DNA of 63,948 bases, filler included, from Olpidium bornovanus S191 (Eukaryota; Fungi; Olpidiomycota), in the NCBI GenBank assembly GCA_017911155.1. It is 29 parts of 29 records of this genome, joined end to end, with 100 filler letters (N's around TTAATTAATTAA, not from the genome) between each part and the next. Parts side by side here need not be neighbours in the genome. Positions count along the whole stretch, not along the records: positions 1 to 1,173 come from JAEFCI010013446.1; positions 1,274 to 2,316 come from JAEFCI010002749.1; positions 2,417 to 4,396 come from JAEFCI010004603.1; positions 4,497 to 5,947 come from JAEFCI010013300.1; positions 6,048 to 7,736 come from JAEFCI010008901.1; positions 7,837 to 10,744 come from JAEFCI010006399.1; positions 10,845 to 11,994 come from JAEFCI010002602.1; positions 12,095 to 13,571 come from JAEFCI010010641.1; 21 more parts are not named here. One strand, 5' to 3'. Within the stretch, counting starts at the first letter, position 1, and the number at the start of each line of letters is the position of its first letter. A model generated the notes under the pieces. That model saw only the letters and a program-made list of their open reading frames with translations, made no database searches and was not told the DNA's origin. The position numbers and the translations under genes were made by a program. Positions 1 to 13,671 of the stretch are shown here, in pieces.

Positions 1-505
1 AAAAAAAAAAAAAAAAAAAAAAAAAAAACGCGTACGCACAGCACAAACGCACACCCCGCTCCCGGTTCCTCCTCCCCGCACTCGGGAAGCGAAACAGTTC
101 ACAGCCAAGGAACGATGGGACCCGCTAGGGGAAAGACGGCAGTCGGCTCCGTGGAGAGGCGCCCCGCCCCCGCTCGCGCTCGCAGGACCGCCCTGCCCCG
201 CCAGGCGGCCGGCCCCGCCAGCCCCGACGGAACGAAGGGGCTGCGGGAACGCAGCCCGGAGAGCCCGGCAACTACACCGCAGCACGAGGCCGCAGCGGCA
301 AAAGGCACCAAGGTAAAAAAAAAAAAAAAAAAAAAGGAAGAAGAGAGAGGCAAAAAGTCGCCGCAGCGCTCGTCTTTTCCGAACCTGATTCCCCGCACTC
401 TCACACCCTTTTTTCCGCGGGGAAAACCGCCTCCCCGCACTAAAGGACAAGGGCAAACCCTCGCCGATCTCCCGCCGACCCGCCGCCCCGGCGGGAGCCC
501 CGCGC

Positions 506-1173
506 ATGCCGAAGAGCGCCGTCGAGCTCCTTTCCGTCCCTCGGCGGAAAACCGTGGAGTGCGAGGTTTTCACTTTTGGGACGGGCGAGATGGGCCAGCT
601 GGGGCTGGGCGAGGATTGCATCCAACGGAAAAAGCCCATGCCGCTTCGCCACCTGAACGCCGAGGAGAAGATAGTCGATCTCGCCGTGGGAGGCATGCAC
701 GCCTTGGCGCTTACGAACAAAGGAGAGGTGCGGTTGTGAGGCCAAACCGTCTGGTCGCCGGTCCTGGGTTTTAAGCCCGTCGGACTTGACAGCCGATTTT
801 TTGCCTAACGTCTTTTTTGGCACGTAGGTCTATTCATGGGGTGTCAATGACAACGGCGCGCTCGGACGCGAGGGAGACGAGGATATTCCTGAGAAGGTGG
901 AGGGCTTGGAGGGAGTGGATGTCGTCAGCGTTGCGGCGGGGGACAGCATATCATGTGCAATCTCGAGCGAAGGCCGCCTCTATATGTGGGGATCCTTCCG
1001 AGTGAGTTTTCTCGTCACCTGCAAAATTTCGCGGATTGTGGAACCATCTCTTTTATTGTGCAAAGGCTGACGAGCTTTTCGCGGTCCGCACGTGCCGTTC
1101 GTCGACGAATTTTTCCGCCGACGTGATCGATTTGTTTATGCCGCCTAAATCAAAAAAGGGCGCCAACGGCATG
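506..1173 (+). CDS. RCC1: RCC1-family Ran guanine-nucleotide exchange factor (Srm1/Prp20/Pim1-like), 5' part, spliced
   Basis: Exon 506-727 has [15 protein letters not shown]...[15 protein letters not shown]. Intron 728-827 is GT..CTAAC..AG. Exon 828-1001 reads [14 protein letters not shown]...[24 protein letters not shown] (RCC1 repeats). The exact start is uncertain. Confidence 0.88.
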
Positions 1174-1273
1174 NNNNNNNNNNNNNNNNNNNNNNNNNNN
1201 NNNNNNNNNNNNNNNNNTTAATTAATTAANNNNNNNNNNNNNNNNNNNNNNNNNNNNNNNNNNNNNNNNNNNN
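1174..1273. other. Artificial contig-joining linker (first of 28 identical 100-bp spacers)
   Basis: 44 N + TTAATTAATTAA (stops in all six frames) + 44 N; recurs 28 times and separates unrelated genes. Confidence 0.98.
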
Positions 1274-2727
1274 ACGAGGACAACAACTGCTAATTTAAAC
1301 ATAAGAAAAATTATTATATACCAATTCGATAATTAATGTAGATACACATAACAAAACAAACTAGCGTACGCCATACAGAAGCCGTATGGGCATGAAGCAG
1401 ACTGCAAGTTGAAATTACTCTGTAAGTGCCTTCGATTTGAATATGCCAATGGAAATTCTCAATAGAAAAGTATGAAACATTTATACAATTGATGTTCTAC
1501 TAGCATACCAAATAATTTTCGCAAATAAGATAAAGGCAATTGTATATTTATCTATTATATATTGTTGTTAACGCATTGCACTTCAGGTGAGCAGTGAATT
1601 TACTGGCTGAGCGGTAGCGCTCCAATGAAAAAATGTTTATTAATTGATTTAAGCTATGGATATTGAGTATAAATTAATCGAAGCGGTACACTAATGTAAC
1701 CCTGATCCAGCACACTTCCAGTTACATTTATACTATACCATATAATATCAAACGAAGGATATACTATTCAACAAATGGAAATGAACCGTAAGGCAATAAT
1801 CAGTGCACACGCTTGGTAGACGGGTGCCTTACCAACACGTTTTATTTTTTTCCGGAAATAAGCATTGACGGCAGGTGTGGACCCTTCCCGGGAAACTCAA
1901 GGGCACGCGCGTCAACTGGACTAACTCGGTTTCGAGACTGATCGCAGGGAAAGAGGCCGGTCAAAACCGTGAAGCGATGTGCGAGAGTCCGCAGACCGCG
2001 CGCCCACTTCAGCCGAAGCGGCCAGACGCCGCCCAAGGAGGAAGGCACTGCACACGGTGACGGCCGATCCTACCGCCGCGAGGAGGGTCGCCGGCGGGTT
2101 GGCGGCACGCGCCCGGGCCCGCCCGGGGCTCTCCGGCTCTCCTCCCACCGCAGACGAGGGGGGGCGCGAGATCCAAACTTAGAAACCCGTCAAAACATAG
2201 CTGGAAAACGAAGCCTCGATTGAAGCCGTAAATTCGCAGGGGCGCGCGTTGCAAAAAGGGGGATATGACGGCACGAGCGGGACAGTTCGGTGAGATGTGA
2301 AAAAAGTGGAGGCATGNNNNNNNNNNNNNNNNNNNNNNNNNNNNNNNNNNNNNNNNNNNNTTAATTAATTAANNNNNNNNNNNNNNNNNNNNNNNNNNNN
2401 NNNNNNNNNNNNNNNNGCAAAATGCACCGACTGACGTTAAGCGCGATTGCAATGTCGCCGACCCAAGTGTCGCTTCATTAGCTCTGCCACTGGCCCGAAG
2501 TGCTCAATGCACTGCCAATTACCTCGAGGGGCGCATGAGGGTGGGGGGAGGGGGAGGGGCGGCGGGCTGCCGCAAGGGTCGGTTTCTCCGGATGTTCCGG
2601 CACCGTAACAAAAACAACCTGCGTCACGTGATCTGCGCCCTAAGGACGGACCGGGAAGCGCCCTCCGCCCTCCTTGTTCCGCCGGAACACGGTCCGTTTT
2701 CCGCCACGCGGGTTGGCGACGCGGAAG

Positions 2728-4396
2728 ATGATGATCAAGCGACGCGCCGCGGTCACCGCCGCCGCGTTGCTCTGCTTTTGCGTTCGCCCGATCGTGTCCT
2801 GGGGCTTCAGCGGTGAGCGGAAACGCGCCGACGACGTTTGGGGCGAACGGGAGAGAGGGGGGATGGGGAATAGAGGGGGGGAGGGGGAGAAAGGGAAAGA
2901 GGAGGGGGGTGTCGACGGGCGTAGCAGATGTCGGAGGCCCACGCGCTGCGCGCAAGCCGGTCACGACACGCGTCGCTGACGAGAACGTGGACCTCGGCGG
3001 CGGGGGTGTGGGTGGGTGGGTTGTCGACACGCGCTGCTGCGCGTGTCGGCTTCTGCGAACCCCGAGCCAGGACACGAAATCACGGGGGAGATCGGTGAGT
3101 TCCCGTTAGATATTGCGACAGGACGCGCCCACGCCCTTCCGCCGACCGCTGACCTTTTTTTAACGGTATCCAGCGTCGAAACTCCTGGAACCCGCGGCGG
3201 CTGAATTAGTTCGCGAAATCCTGCCGCCGTTCAACAATGGCAGCCTCAGCCAGATCGCGTCTTGGGCAGACAGGATCAAGAGGCAGAAAGGTCTACGGTT
3301 CGCAGTCTCTGCTCTTTTTTCGTTGCTATAATTTTGATTTACACTTTGCAAAATGCTAACATCCGGTTTCCGGCGAATTTTTACTACCCTCCCTTTCTTT
3401 TATCTTTTCCCATCTCGTTTCCGCGGAACCAGCATACCAATTCTCTGCACCCCTCCATTATGTGCGTCTTTTTCGAATTGATTGGCTGAAAATCCGCAAT
3501 TTTTTTTGTTCGGAAGTGGGCGACGTTTACACAGGCAACAACATGTCGTTATCCAATTCCAGATTAATCCTAAGGAGGACTTCCCTCCGAAGACTTGCAG
3601 CTATGAAGACGGCGAGGCGGACTGCCCGAATGGTAATTGCATCAACCTTTCGCACCTCTCCAATTATCTCGCTAGCTGCCTGTTGAGCAGGGGATCATAC
3701 TTCGGCGCTTTATGTGCCTCCTTCAGACGGCTGCGTCGTCGGCGCAATCCGCAATTACACGCGCAGGTTGAGGAGCCCGCGCAGCGCCAGGGACAGGGAA
3801 GAAGCCCTCAAATTCCTGGTTCACTTTATCGGGGACGTACACCAACCGCTGCACGGTACGCGTTCCTCGCTTTCTGCACGGGCGTGTAGCGGTGAAACGC
3901 AGGGACGGTTGTTTGCGTTTTCGATATCACCAGCGAGAGACGTCTTAACAAGACGCGTATTTCCCAGTTACCGGGCGCCACAGGGGCGGTAATGGTGACA
4001 AAGCTATATGGAACGGCCATCACTCTAACCTGCATTACATCTGGGACACCGGCATGATTGTGGTGCGCGTGGACGTCAACGTGTCGAATTGGCAAATATG
4101 TCGCACGCCATTCTCTAGCCGGCGCCCTCGTCGATTCTGACATTTCTTTCCGCCGTAACCCTATATTCTCCGCTGTTTCCTCAAGAAACGCATTAGAGAG
4201 GATTTCAGGGGCGACCAAGACGCTTACGTTAATTTCATCCTCGGGGAACTTGCATCCAAGTGGTCCGAACGCTCAGCGCTTTGGGTCAAGTGCCCGTTTT
4301 CTTCCGCATCGGGCAGAGAGGAATCCGTAAGCGCAGCTGAGTTGCTTGGGCTTTGCGACAGGGGCCCGCAGAGGCATTTGTCGCTCGAACTCATGA
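2728..4396 (+). CDS. S1/P1 nuclease, secreted or vacuolar, multi-exon, 3' truncated
   Basis: Signal-like MMIKRRAAVTAAALLCFCVRPIVS followed by WG; ASWADRIK; GCVVGAIRNY; EALKFLVHFIGDVHQPLH; NLHYIWDTGMI (S1/P1 zinc-ligand motifs). Confidence 0.92.
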
Positions 4397-4573
4397 NNNN
4401 NNNNNNNNNNNNNNNNNNNNNNNNNNNNNNNNNNNNNNNNTTAATTAATTAANNNNNNNNNNNNNNNNNNNNNNNNNNNNNNNNNNNNNNNNNNNNCATG
4501 AAAACAGAAGACCTCCGTCTATTACCAGTTTTCGAATGCGAGGGGGAGCCTTTACGGCCACATTTCAGCCGTT

Positions 4574-5007
4574 TCAGGCAGCCGTTTGTAGAGACGCATA
4601 AACTGATTACTCGCTCGAATCACGTCCCAACGTGAAGAACAAAAAAAAACGCACCAAGATATATTGTCGAGATCAGTTCTGCGGAAAACGTCTTGCCGCT
4701 GGTAATGGATCTCTCGACGAGCCCCTCGATCTGCGCAATTTGTTAGAAGCGACTATCAGAGCCTCGCCGACGGGCTGCATAGCAGACGAGTGAATCCTCG
4801 CCGTACCTCGGAATTCTTCGTCCCGTCCAAGAGGGCGGCTAACTGCGAGAAGTCGTTTGTCTCGTCCTCGGCTTTCGCGGCCTTAAAGACGGCTTCCGCC
4901 GAGACCTCCCGTTCCTCGCCGAGCATGCCTCGTTGCTTTTGTCGTGGAAAAACGATGTTCCGGTTGTATTGCAAGGACTTCCCAGAGCAACGAAAGGCCA
5001 CGCACAA
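4574..5007 (-). CDS. 3' exons of an unidentified spliced gene
   Basis: Exons join in frame at GT/AG sites with a CTAAC branch point: ...DFSQLAALLDGTKNSE|IEGLVERSITSGKTFSAELISTIYL|VYASLQTAA*. No family recognised. Confidence 0.3.
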
Positions 5008-5390
5008 GACTCAATATTTTCCAAAAGGCGGAGGGATCCTTTTCACCCAAAAGAGTTGAATCAGCCTGGCCCTTGCGCGTCGTGAAAACGGAGTCCGGCG
5101 CTCCTGGGAAATGTCGCGTCTTCCAAACCCCGTTACGTTAAGTGGCCCTGACCGTGCCGCCGTGGCTCAAAAGGAAGGTTGTTCGACGATCCCCGGCAAC
5201 AAGGGCCCCGACAGGGTTCGCCGCGCGGCACGCTGCGAGGTCGAAAGGCCTCCGGCGTGGCGTGGCGGTCGAGAATTCCCGGCGCGCGCGCCGTTTCGCG
5301 CGGCCTGTGGCGGAGAAAGGAGGAAGAGGCCAACTGAGCAGCCAGGTAACAATTGGCTTCGGGCCTTTGCAACGCATCAGCGCCCAACAA

Positions 5391-5474
5391 GGGGAGATGC
5401 CCGAGTGGTCTAAGGGGTCACGTTTAGGCCGTGATTGGCTTCCGCCAGCGTGGGTTCAAACCCCACTCTCCTCA
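5391..5474 (+). tRNA. trnL-UAG: tRNA-Leu (anticodon UAG)
   Basis: Full cloverleaf: acceptor GGGGAGA/TCTCCTC, D arm with GAGTGGTCTAAGG, anticodon stem TCACG-TTTAGGC-CGTGA, long variable arm, T arm GTGGG-TTCAAAC-CCCAC; T-run Pol III terminator just downstream. Confidence 0.95.
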
Positions 5475-6061
5475 CATTTTTGTTTCCAGTTTTTTAAGTC
5501 ATTCTAAATACCCCGGCGGGCGCGCAACCACGTGCCTTGGCCGGAATCAAAACGAATACAATCCACTGGTACGGAATCCTTCGGTATGAATTATCCTCGG
5601 CTACGGAATGGAGTGTCATTTCCACCGACCTTCTGCACAGCTCGTCTGCTCATTCTCTGCTGACTGCAGGTATTGACCAATCTCGCATATCGTTCCACCG
5701 TACGCGTTCAATAGAAACTGTTCGCTCTTGCTCAAGCCCACAGGTGACCGCGGTACAGAGGCGCAGTTCGTTTCGCCTTTTCCAGAGTAATCATCGAAGC
5801 TCGTTTTGAAGACACCTGCGCTTGCTCATGGTGACTCCCTCATCGTACCGCCCTCATCGTCTGCATAGCACACCCGGCTAAGCACGTCCGCCTTCAGTTT
5901 TCTTTTCCTTTTATTTGAACAACTTAACAAATGAATTCTTTGACATCNNNNNNNNNNNNNNNNNNNNNNNNNNNNNNNNNNNNNNNNNNNNTTAATTAAT
6001 TAANNNNNNNNNNNNNNNNNNNNNNNNNNNNNNNNNNNNNNNNNNNNGGGGGTGAAGAAAA

Positions 6062-6097
<36 letters not shown>

Positions 6098-6111
6098 TTT
6101 TTTTTTTTCCC

Positions 6112-6144
<33 letters not shown>

Positions 6145-6349
6145 CTTTCCGTTCTTTGTTTCTCTTCCCGTATTTTCCCAGAGGTGGAAAAAAAAAAAAA
6201 ACAATTAATTTCCCCGGGGCGGAAACCGGGAGAGGGAAGCAGAGAGAGAGAGAGACAGAGAGAGAGAGAGACGCACAAAAATTCCCGCGAACCCGCTGGA
6301 AAAACAGAAAGAAGAAGAAGAAGAAGAAGGGAAAAGAAACCCCCCAGAA

Positions 6350-7110
6350 GGCGCAACGGTGATGGAGCACACGCCCCCGCCGACGACCCGCGCGCGCCCG
6401 CCGCTCCTCTGCTTCGCGCCGCTCTTGTCCGCCACGCAGGTGCCGCCGCCACCGTCCCAGCTGCCGCCGTCGCTCTCGTTCGCGACCGCCACCCCGCCAG
6501 CGGCCGGGGGCGGACGAGGAGGAGGAGGAGGAGGAGAAGAAGAAGGAAGAGGTGACCGCGGCGACGCGCCGACGGGCGGCAGCTGGGGCCTCGGGACGCT
6601 CTCGCCCGCGCGGAGCGGAGGCGGCGGGACGTCCTTCCGCTTGTCGTCGGACGGGCTTTCCGCGTCGTGCCCGGCGCCGGTAGTCCCCGCTTCGCAGGAG
6701 CCGAGCGGCGCCGCGGCGGCGGAGGCGGCGGTGGGGAGCAGCGAGAGCGAGGACGGCGGCGGCGACAGCCGGGACGACGACAGCCGGGACGACGACGACG
6801 ACGACGGCGACGAGGCCGGCTCCGCGGAGCTGGACGCGATCCTCGCCGGTCTCGTCGCCTGCGCGGCGGCCGATCCCGACGTGGCCCTTCTGCGGAACCT
6901 CGGCTCCCGCGTCCGCCGGGACGCCGCGGTGGAGGGGGGCGGCGGAGGCCAGCGAGACGTCGTCGCCGCGCGCCTGCGCGTTCTGAGGGACGAGGCGACG
7001 CTCGCGCTCGTGCGCAGGTACCCCGGTTCCGTTTCGCGCGAGGCTTGCGGGAAGCTCTTGCGGAGCCGGTGCGACGACGGAGAGGTGCGGATTTTGCGGA
7101 AAACGAAGGG
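6350..7110 (-). CDS. Low-complexity Ser/Pro/Ala-rich exon of an unidentified protein
   Basis: Long open frame flanked by intron-like pyrimidine/T-rich tracts; no domain recognised and the strand is uncertain. Confidence 0.25.
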
Positions 7111-7668
7111 GGGAAGGGGAGCCACGTCAGCTAGCGGGGCCTTTTTTTTTCCTTTTTCGGGGGGTTTTTCCCCATCCCCCCCCCCCCCCCCCCCGGCGGA
7201 CAGGCGCTTTCGGGTTTTCGCAAGTTTTTCGACGGCCCAAACGTTCCCCCGAGTCCGCCGGGAGAGCCAGCCTCTCCTGGGATCTGACGCCTTGCCCCGG
7301 TCCCAACAACCCCTCCCTTCTTCCCCCCCACCCCACGCACACAGCACGCCGCGTTCGTGCTGGGCATGTTGCGGCGCGTCGGCGAAACGCTCTGACGTTT
7401 CCGCACCCCCGCAACCGAGATCCGTTCTCTATGGTTTGTTTTTGGAAAAAGAAAAAGCCTCCTGCGATCCACCGCCTCCGTATCGGGAGCCGGGCCCTCG
7501 TGTCCGCCGTCAACGGCCAGGCGCCCGGGGCGCAACCAACAAGATCATCCCGGTGAACCCACCAGAGAGCGCGTCCCGATCCGCAGCCGGCCGGGGAAAC
7601 CGCGCCGCGCGGAAAAAACTCCCGCAAGCCCCGCGAAATCCGAAATTTCGAAACGCGAGAAGGGGGGG

Positions 7669-7702
<34 letters not shown>

Positions 7703-7836
7703 AAGGCGGGGGGGGGGGGGGGGGGGGAGAAAAAACNNNNNNNNNNNNNNNNNNNNNNNNNNNNNNNNNNNNNNNNNNNNTTAATTAATTAANNNNNNNN
7801 NNNNNNNNNNNNNNNNNNNNNNNNNNNNNNNNNNNN

Positions 7837-7933
<97 letters not shown>

Positions 7934-8339
7934 AAAAAAAAACCAAAAAAACAAAAAAAAAAAAACAAAAAAAACATAAAAAAAGAAGGGGGTGTGGGGG
8001 GTCGGAGAGGGGAACGACAGGGAGGAGAGGGGGGAACTAACACGCCCCCCCCCGCCTTTCGTTTTCCCCCCACCACCCCCAACCCCACCACCACTCCTAC
8101 TCGCGCAGATCACCGGCGAGAGACACTTACGTGACCCGCACCTCACGGCTCCTCTGTAGGATATGAGTTTTGAAGAGGAGCTCCAAGAGCTTCTGTATTC
8201 CGCCGGTCTGCCGGGTTTTACATAGAAGAGGAAAAATCTCCGGGCGGGTGCGCCGCAGTGCTACGTTAGCTCGGTTCCCCTTTAATTCTTAACATCCTCC
8301 TCCCCCCCCCCCCGCTCGCCAATTATTTGTCCCGTCGGG

Positions 8340-8735
8340 TGGCACGTCGGCGGAGGTGATGATGCCGAATGTCAACGTGCTTGACTCCTTGGCGTCTCTC
8401 GCAAACCCCCGCGGCGCCGGTACTGTCTGTCTCCGTGTAGCGTTGTCGCTTCCTTGACCAGCGGTTTCATCAATCGCTTTCAAGATTTGAACGGAACCAC
8501 AGCACTTCTTGCGCTGCCATTGATCCTGACACACAGACTGGGACTGCGCGGGAAGGACATTGCGACGCAATTCCGCCTTGTCGAGCGCCGCGATATCAGA
8601 GGCCGTCGTGCAGGATGACCAATTCCTGCCTTTCGACGTTTTGGTTTGGTGGCATCCTGCCCAGTCGACAGTGCAGAAGGCGGTGAGCTCGCAGCCCTTC
8701 TTGCGGGGGCTAAATCTGATCCCGTGACCCGTGGT
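8340..8735 (-). mobile_element. Degenerate Ty1/copia RT-end/RNase H remnant
   Basis: GTTGHGIRF...ELTAFCTVDWAGC (cf. LTAFCDADWAG) and, after frameshifts, KHVDIRHHHLR (cf. TKHIDIRHHFLR). Confidence 0.75.
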
Positions 8736-9261
8736 ACCTCACACGTTGCGTAGAATCTTTTCTTAAACCATCAGATAACTAGAGTTTTGCTGTCCAAACT
8801 TGTTTCAACCAGGAGTTTAAGATTCCAAAATTGGGGAGGTGCCCTGGTCGTGTATCATTCACAACCGATAATTTGACATCCACACCAAATTTTGGGGTAT
8901 GTTTAAAACGCGTGGCGCGCTCTCCTGGCCCGCGTCAATCGAGGTCTGGCCTTTACGTCGGCCAGCAGATTTGTCACCGCCAACACGTCTATCATCCATT
9001 ATACGCCGCTAACCACATCCCCGGAAACTTGCGTAAACTACATCGGTTGCCGCGGCCCGGCGAAACAAAACCCCGGGAAGGCTTTGACTTCTCCGGCCCG
9101 TCTCACTACTGCTTTTGCTCCTGCCCGCCCGCGACTTCCCCGCCCACGCCGCGCCCGGCGCGGGCCCGCGCTCCCCTCAGCCGCCCCGCGCTGCGGCACA
9201 CCATCGCGACCAGAGCTTTTCGCTCAACGGAAAGTGTTTGGAATCATGCGCGCAGCACCCC

Positions 9262-9310
<49 letters not shown>

Positions 9311-9827
9311 CCTCCTTTGCGCCTTGGTCCTTTTCTTTTTCTACGCCATCGTCTTTCGCCGCGGGGCGAGCAGCCCGGGAGGGAAGGCGCCGGCAACCCC
9401 CCCCCCCCCCCCCCCCCCCCGCCTCCGCCCCGGCCCAACCATCGGCCACGCACACGGGCGCTGCGGACCCCCGCCTCCCGCTAGAAACATCCGCTGCCGG
9501 ACCCAGAGACAAAGGCGTCGCAGCTTGCGGGCAGCGCCGGTCGACTCGACGGAGCAGTGCGTTCCCCCCCGCCAGAACTCTCCGGAATCCAAAGACACTC
9601 CGACCGCCCGCTCCCTACCGGGGGTCCCCCCCCCCACCGATACGGAACGCTGGACATCGCGCGGCAGCGGAAGGCGCCCGGCCGCGAACTGCGCCTTGTA
9701 CTATAGCATCTCACGGGCGCCGCCGGAGCTCTACCGCTGCCGAAGGAACACGCTCGGAACACCGGAACGCCCGCCACTCTGACTACGCGCGGAACGGGGG
9801 CCGAAGCGGCGGGAAGCAGCGATCGAC

Positions 9828-10744
9828 ATGCAGGGTGTGGACGCAGGGTCCGCCATCCGTGAGGTGTGGGCGGACAACCTTGACGGCGAAATGGCGGTCC
9901 TAAGGGACCTTGTCGACACGTACCCTTACTTGGCCATGGTAAGGGCCGGCTCTCCCGGGCCCTCCCTCCCTTCTTGTTGACCTTTTCCTCTCTCTGCCTG
10001 CTTTTGCTTCGGGTCCGCCACTTCTGGCCCGGGTTTGCCGCGCGGCGCGAAAAGGGAAAAGTGAAAAAAAAAAGCGGAGGCGGTGGTCGGCGCGTGATGG
10101 CCCGGTGTGTGCACCCGACGGCCTTCTCTTTCCCTTCCGTCCGTTAAATTTCCAGGTTTTCGACTTCTTTCCCCTCCCTTCAAGGACACTGAGTTTCCCG
10201 GCGTAGTCGCCAGGCCGATAGGCAATTTCCGGACGTCGGCCGACTACCATTACCAGACCCTTCGCTGCAACGTGGACCTGTTGAAGATTATCCAGCTAGG
10301 GATCACTCTCGCCGACGAGCGGGGCAACCTGCCGCCCGGAGTATGCACGTGGCAGTTTAACTTCAAGTTCAGCATCCAGTGAGTTCCCAAAAAAAAACGG
10401 TATGACGTCAATAAGCTGCGTGGCCTGAGCGACCGACTACGAGGCACGATTTTTGGCGCGGCTGCAAAATAGCCGCATTTGCCGATCCGTATGCAGGACT
10501 TTTCTTGACTCGCGTCTCCAGCGCCTCGCACGAGAACATATGTCACTGATGTTGGGGTTCCACGATTTTGTCTACCGGTCTTTTCCATTCTCGGTCGGAC
10601 CGTTGAAACGTTTGTAGAGACGACATGTACGCCCAGGACTCCATCGACTTGCTCACAAAATCGGGCATCGATTTCCAAAAGCACGAAGATTACGGTATCG
10701 ACGTTCGTGATTTCGGTGAGTTGCTGATGATGTCCGGCCTCGTG
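9828..10744 (+). CDS. POP2: CCR4-NOT deadenylase subunit CAF1/POP2 (CNOT7/8), 3' truncated
   Basis: Exons 9828-9938, 10185-10378 and 10618-10744: [15 protein letters not shown]|[41 protein letters not shown]|[19 protein letters not shown]. Confidence 0.97.
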
Positions 10745-11796
10745 NNNNNNNNNNNNNNNNNNNNNNNNNNNNNNNNNNNNNNNNNNNNTTAATTAATTAA
10801 NNNNNNNNNNNNNNNNNNNNNNNNNNNNNNNNNNNNNNNNNNNNCCCCTTCCTTACTTTTTATTTTTCCGTTCAAGGCGTCAAAAATTCAGGGGTTCTGA
10901 CCAAACGCCCGTCGTCACCTGCGCAATGTGGGACCCCTTTCAGGAATTTGTTTGGTGTGAACATGACTCATGACATGAAATCTTGAATTTTCGCGAGGAC
11001 GGGCAATACCTTGGTGACCTAGAAGCCCGTCTGAAGCCCTTGAAAAGGCCTTTCAAACGAGGCAAGAAGCGTGGCGACCTTGTGCGGAGCAACCAATGTT
11101 CATAGTCAGTCTCCATGATAGCGGAAATCACGCCGACCGTGAGGGTCCTCGCATCTCCCCTTTTCCTTTCCTCCCTTCCTTCATTCCTTCCTTCTTTCCT
11201 TTCCGTGCCGCGTTGAGACCAAATGGAGAGTGAACAAGAAGAAATCAAATCTCACCTCTAGTTACGCACCTAGGTGCATCATTAGTGGACATTGCATGTC
11301 AAATCATTTTGATCCCCGCCCTCCGCTCCCGCCCGGTGCGGACCACCTCCCCCACGCTCACGTGCTCTGCCGGTAAGGACTCTAAGGTGATCCGGCATTC
11401 CGCTTTGTCGAATGACTTAACCTGTCGGCGATGCGCGAGTCGCGCGGCATCCAGCACTGTCTGCGTCGACGGAGGCTTATTGGGGTGGCCCCGGCTGGGC
11501 CTTGGGCTTAATAACCTGCTGCTGTGGGGCGCCGGGGCAGCTGGAAGTTTGCCGTTTCTGCATTTGAACTCGGAACTACGGCACGTACAACTGCGACAAA
11601 CGCTTCCCTCCCCCCCCCCCATCACCGCCCACCAGCTTGACCGGCTTTCCTCCTTTCGCTGAGAGGGTAGGCCGCGGCCGTCCCGCGCCCCTCCCGCACC
11701 CACCGAACTAATGTCAGTTGTCAAAGTCAAAAAGGTGGCTATTTGGTTTTTTTTTTTTTTGTTTGCCACCCCTCCCCCCCTGTTGAAACTGACAGT

Positions 11797-11867
11797 TGGC
11801 CAACTGAGGGTAGAACTCGGGACCTTCCCCTACTTGGAGGAATGCTCTACCATTTAACTATCAGCCT
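11797..11867 (-). pseudogene. Degenerate tRNA-like sequence, copy 1
   Basis: GGCTGATAGTTAAATGGTAGAGC...GGTCCCGAGTTCTACCCTCAGTTGGCCA: A- and B-box-like motifs, but mismatched stems and a mutated T loop. Confidence 0.6.
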
Positions 11868-11882
11868 GTTGCGCATGAAAAG

Positions 11883-11956
11883 TGAGCCAACCGAGGGTCA
11901 AACTTGGGACCTTCCCGTTCCCAGAAGGACGCTCTAACCAACTGAGCTGTCTGCCC
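11883..11956 (-). pseudogene. Degenerate tRNA-like sequence, copy 2
   Basis: GGGCAGACAGCTCAGTTGGTTAGAGCG...GGTCCCAAGTTTGACCCTCGGTTGGCTCA: canonical D arm, T loop TTTGA instead of TTCGA, mismatches in the acceptor and anticodon stems. Confidence 0.65.
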
Positions 11957-12094
11957 TATTCACCAGGTGTCTGGCTCGCCCTGCGAAGCCATCCNNNNNN
12001 NNNNNNNNNNNNNNNNNNNNNNNNNNNNNNNNNNNNNNTTAATTAATTAANNNNNNNNNNNNNNNNNNNNNNNNNNNNNNNNNNNNNNNNNNNN

Positions 12095-13204
<1,110 letters not shown>

Positions 13205-13671
13205 TGTGGCGCCGGGAGGACGGGCGCGCCTGGTCTTCGCTGGCTTTGCGGCAAAGAGGGGGCGGGGGGTGCTGGGAAGCCGAGCGGCTGTCGGGTGCGA
13301 CCAAAGGCGGGCTGCGTCACGTCGGACGTTGAAGGGGGGGCACCGGCGCAGGGGCGGGGAGGGGTTGGCGGGGAGGGGTTGGGGGGGCGGGGAGGGAGTG
13401 AGGCGGGCGGGGGGAGAGCGGACGGCGGGAGGAGGAACGGGGGGGGGGGGAATAGAGAGGGGCGCGCCCCGCTCTGGTTTGAAGCCGCAATTTAACGGCC
13501 GCGGAGAGCAAAGAATCCACGCGACGGACTCCGGTGCCGTTTGGCACCTCCCAGATTCCTCAGGCATCATCNNNNNNNNNNNNNNNNNNNNNNNNNNNNN
13601 NNNNNNNNNNNNNNNTTAATTAATTAANNNNNNNNNNNNNNNNNNNNNNNNNNNNNNNNNNNNNNNNNNNN

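Noticed and set aside
1218-1229. TTAATTAATTAA palindrome repeated 28 times
   Set aside because: Always centred in 44+44 N; a synthetic six-frame-stop linker, not a biological repeat or CRISPR
6359-7792. 477-aa plus-strand ORF and similar long GC-rich ORFs (e.g. 14746-15621, 27743-28651, 39243-40268)
   Set aside because: Antisense or shadow frames of GC-rich exons, or frames running into linkers; no domain support
7837-7980. Very long poly-A, and poly-G/C/T runs elsewhere (6060-6145, 18050-18120, 18755-18880)
   Set aside because: Mostly near contig ends or intron-like tracts; lengths are likely inflated by sequencing or assembly error, and the poly-K/F/P/G ORFs they create are not credible
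10845-11790. ORFs of 100-156 aa on this contig
   Set aside because: No recognisable motif in any frame and no consistent splice model
11883-11956. Functional tRNA-Pro with a GGG anticodon
   Set aside because: Mismatches in the acceptor and anticodon stems and a TTTGA T loop; the anticodon of a decayed unit is not informative
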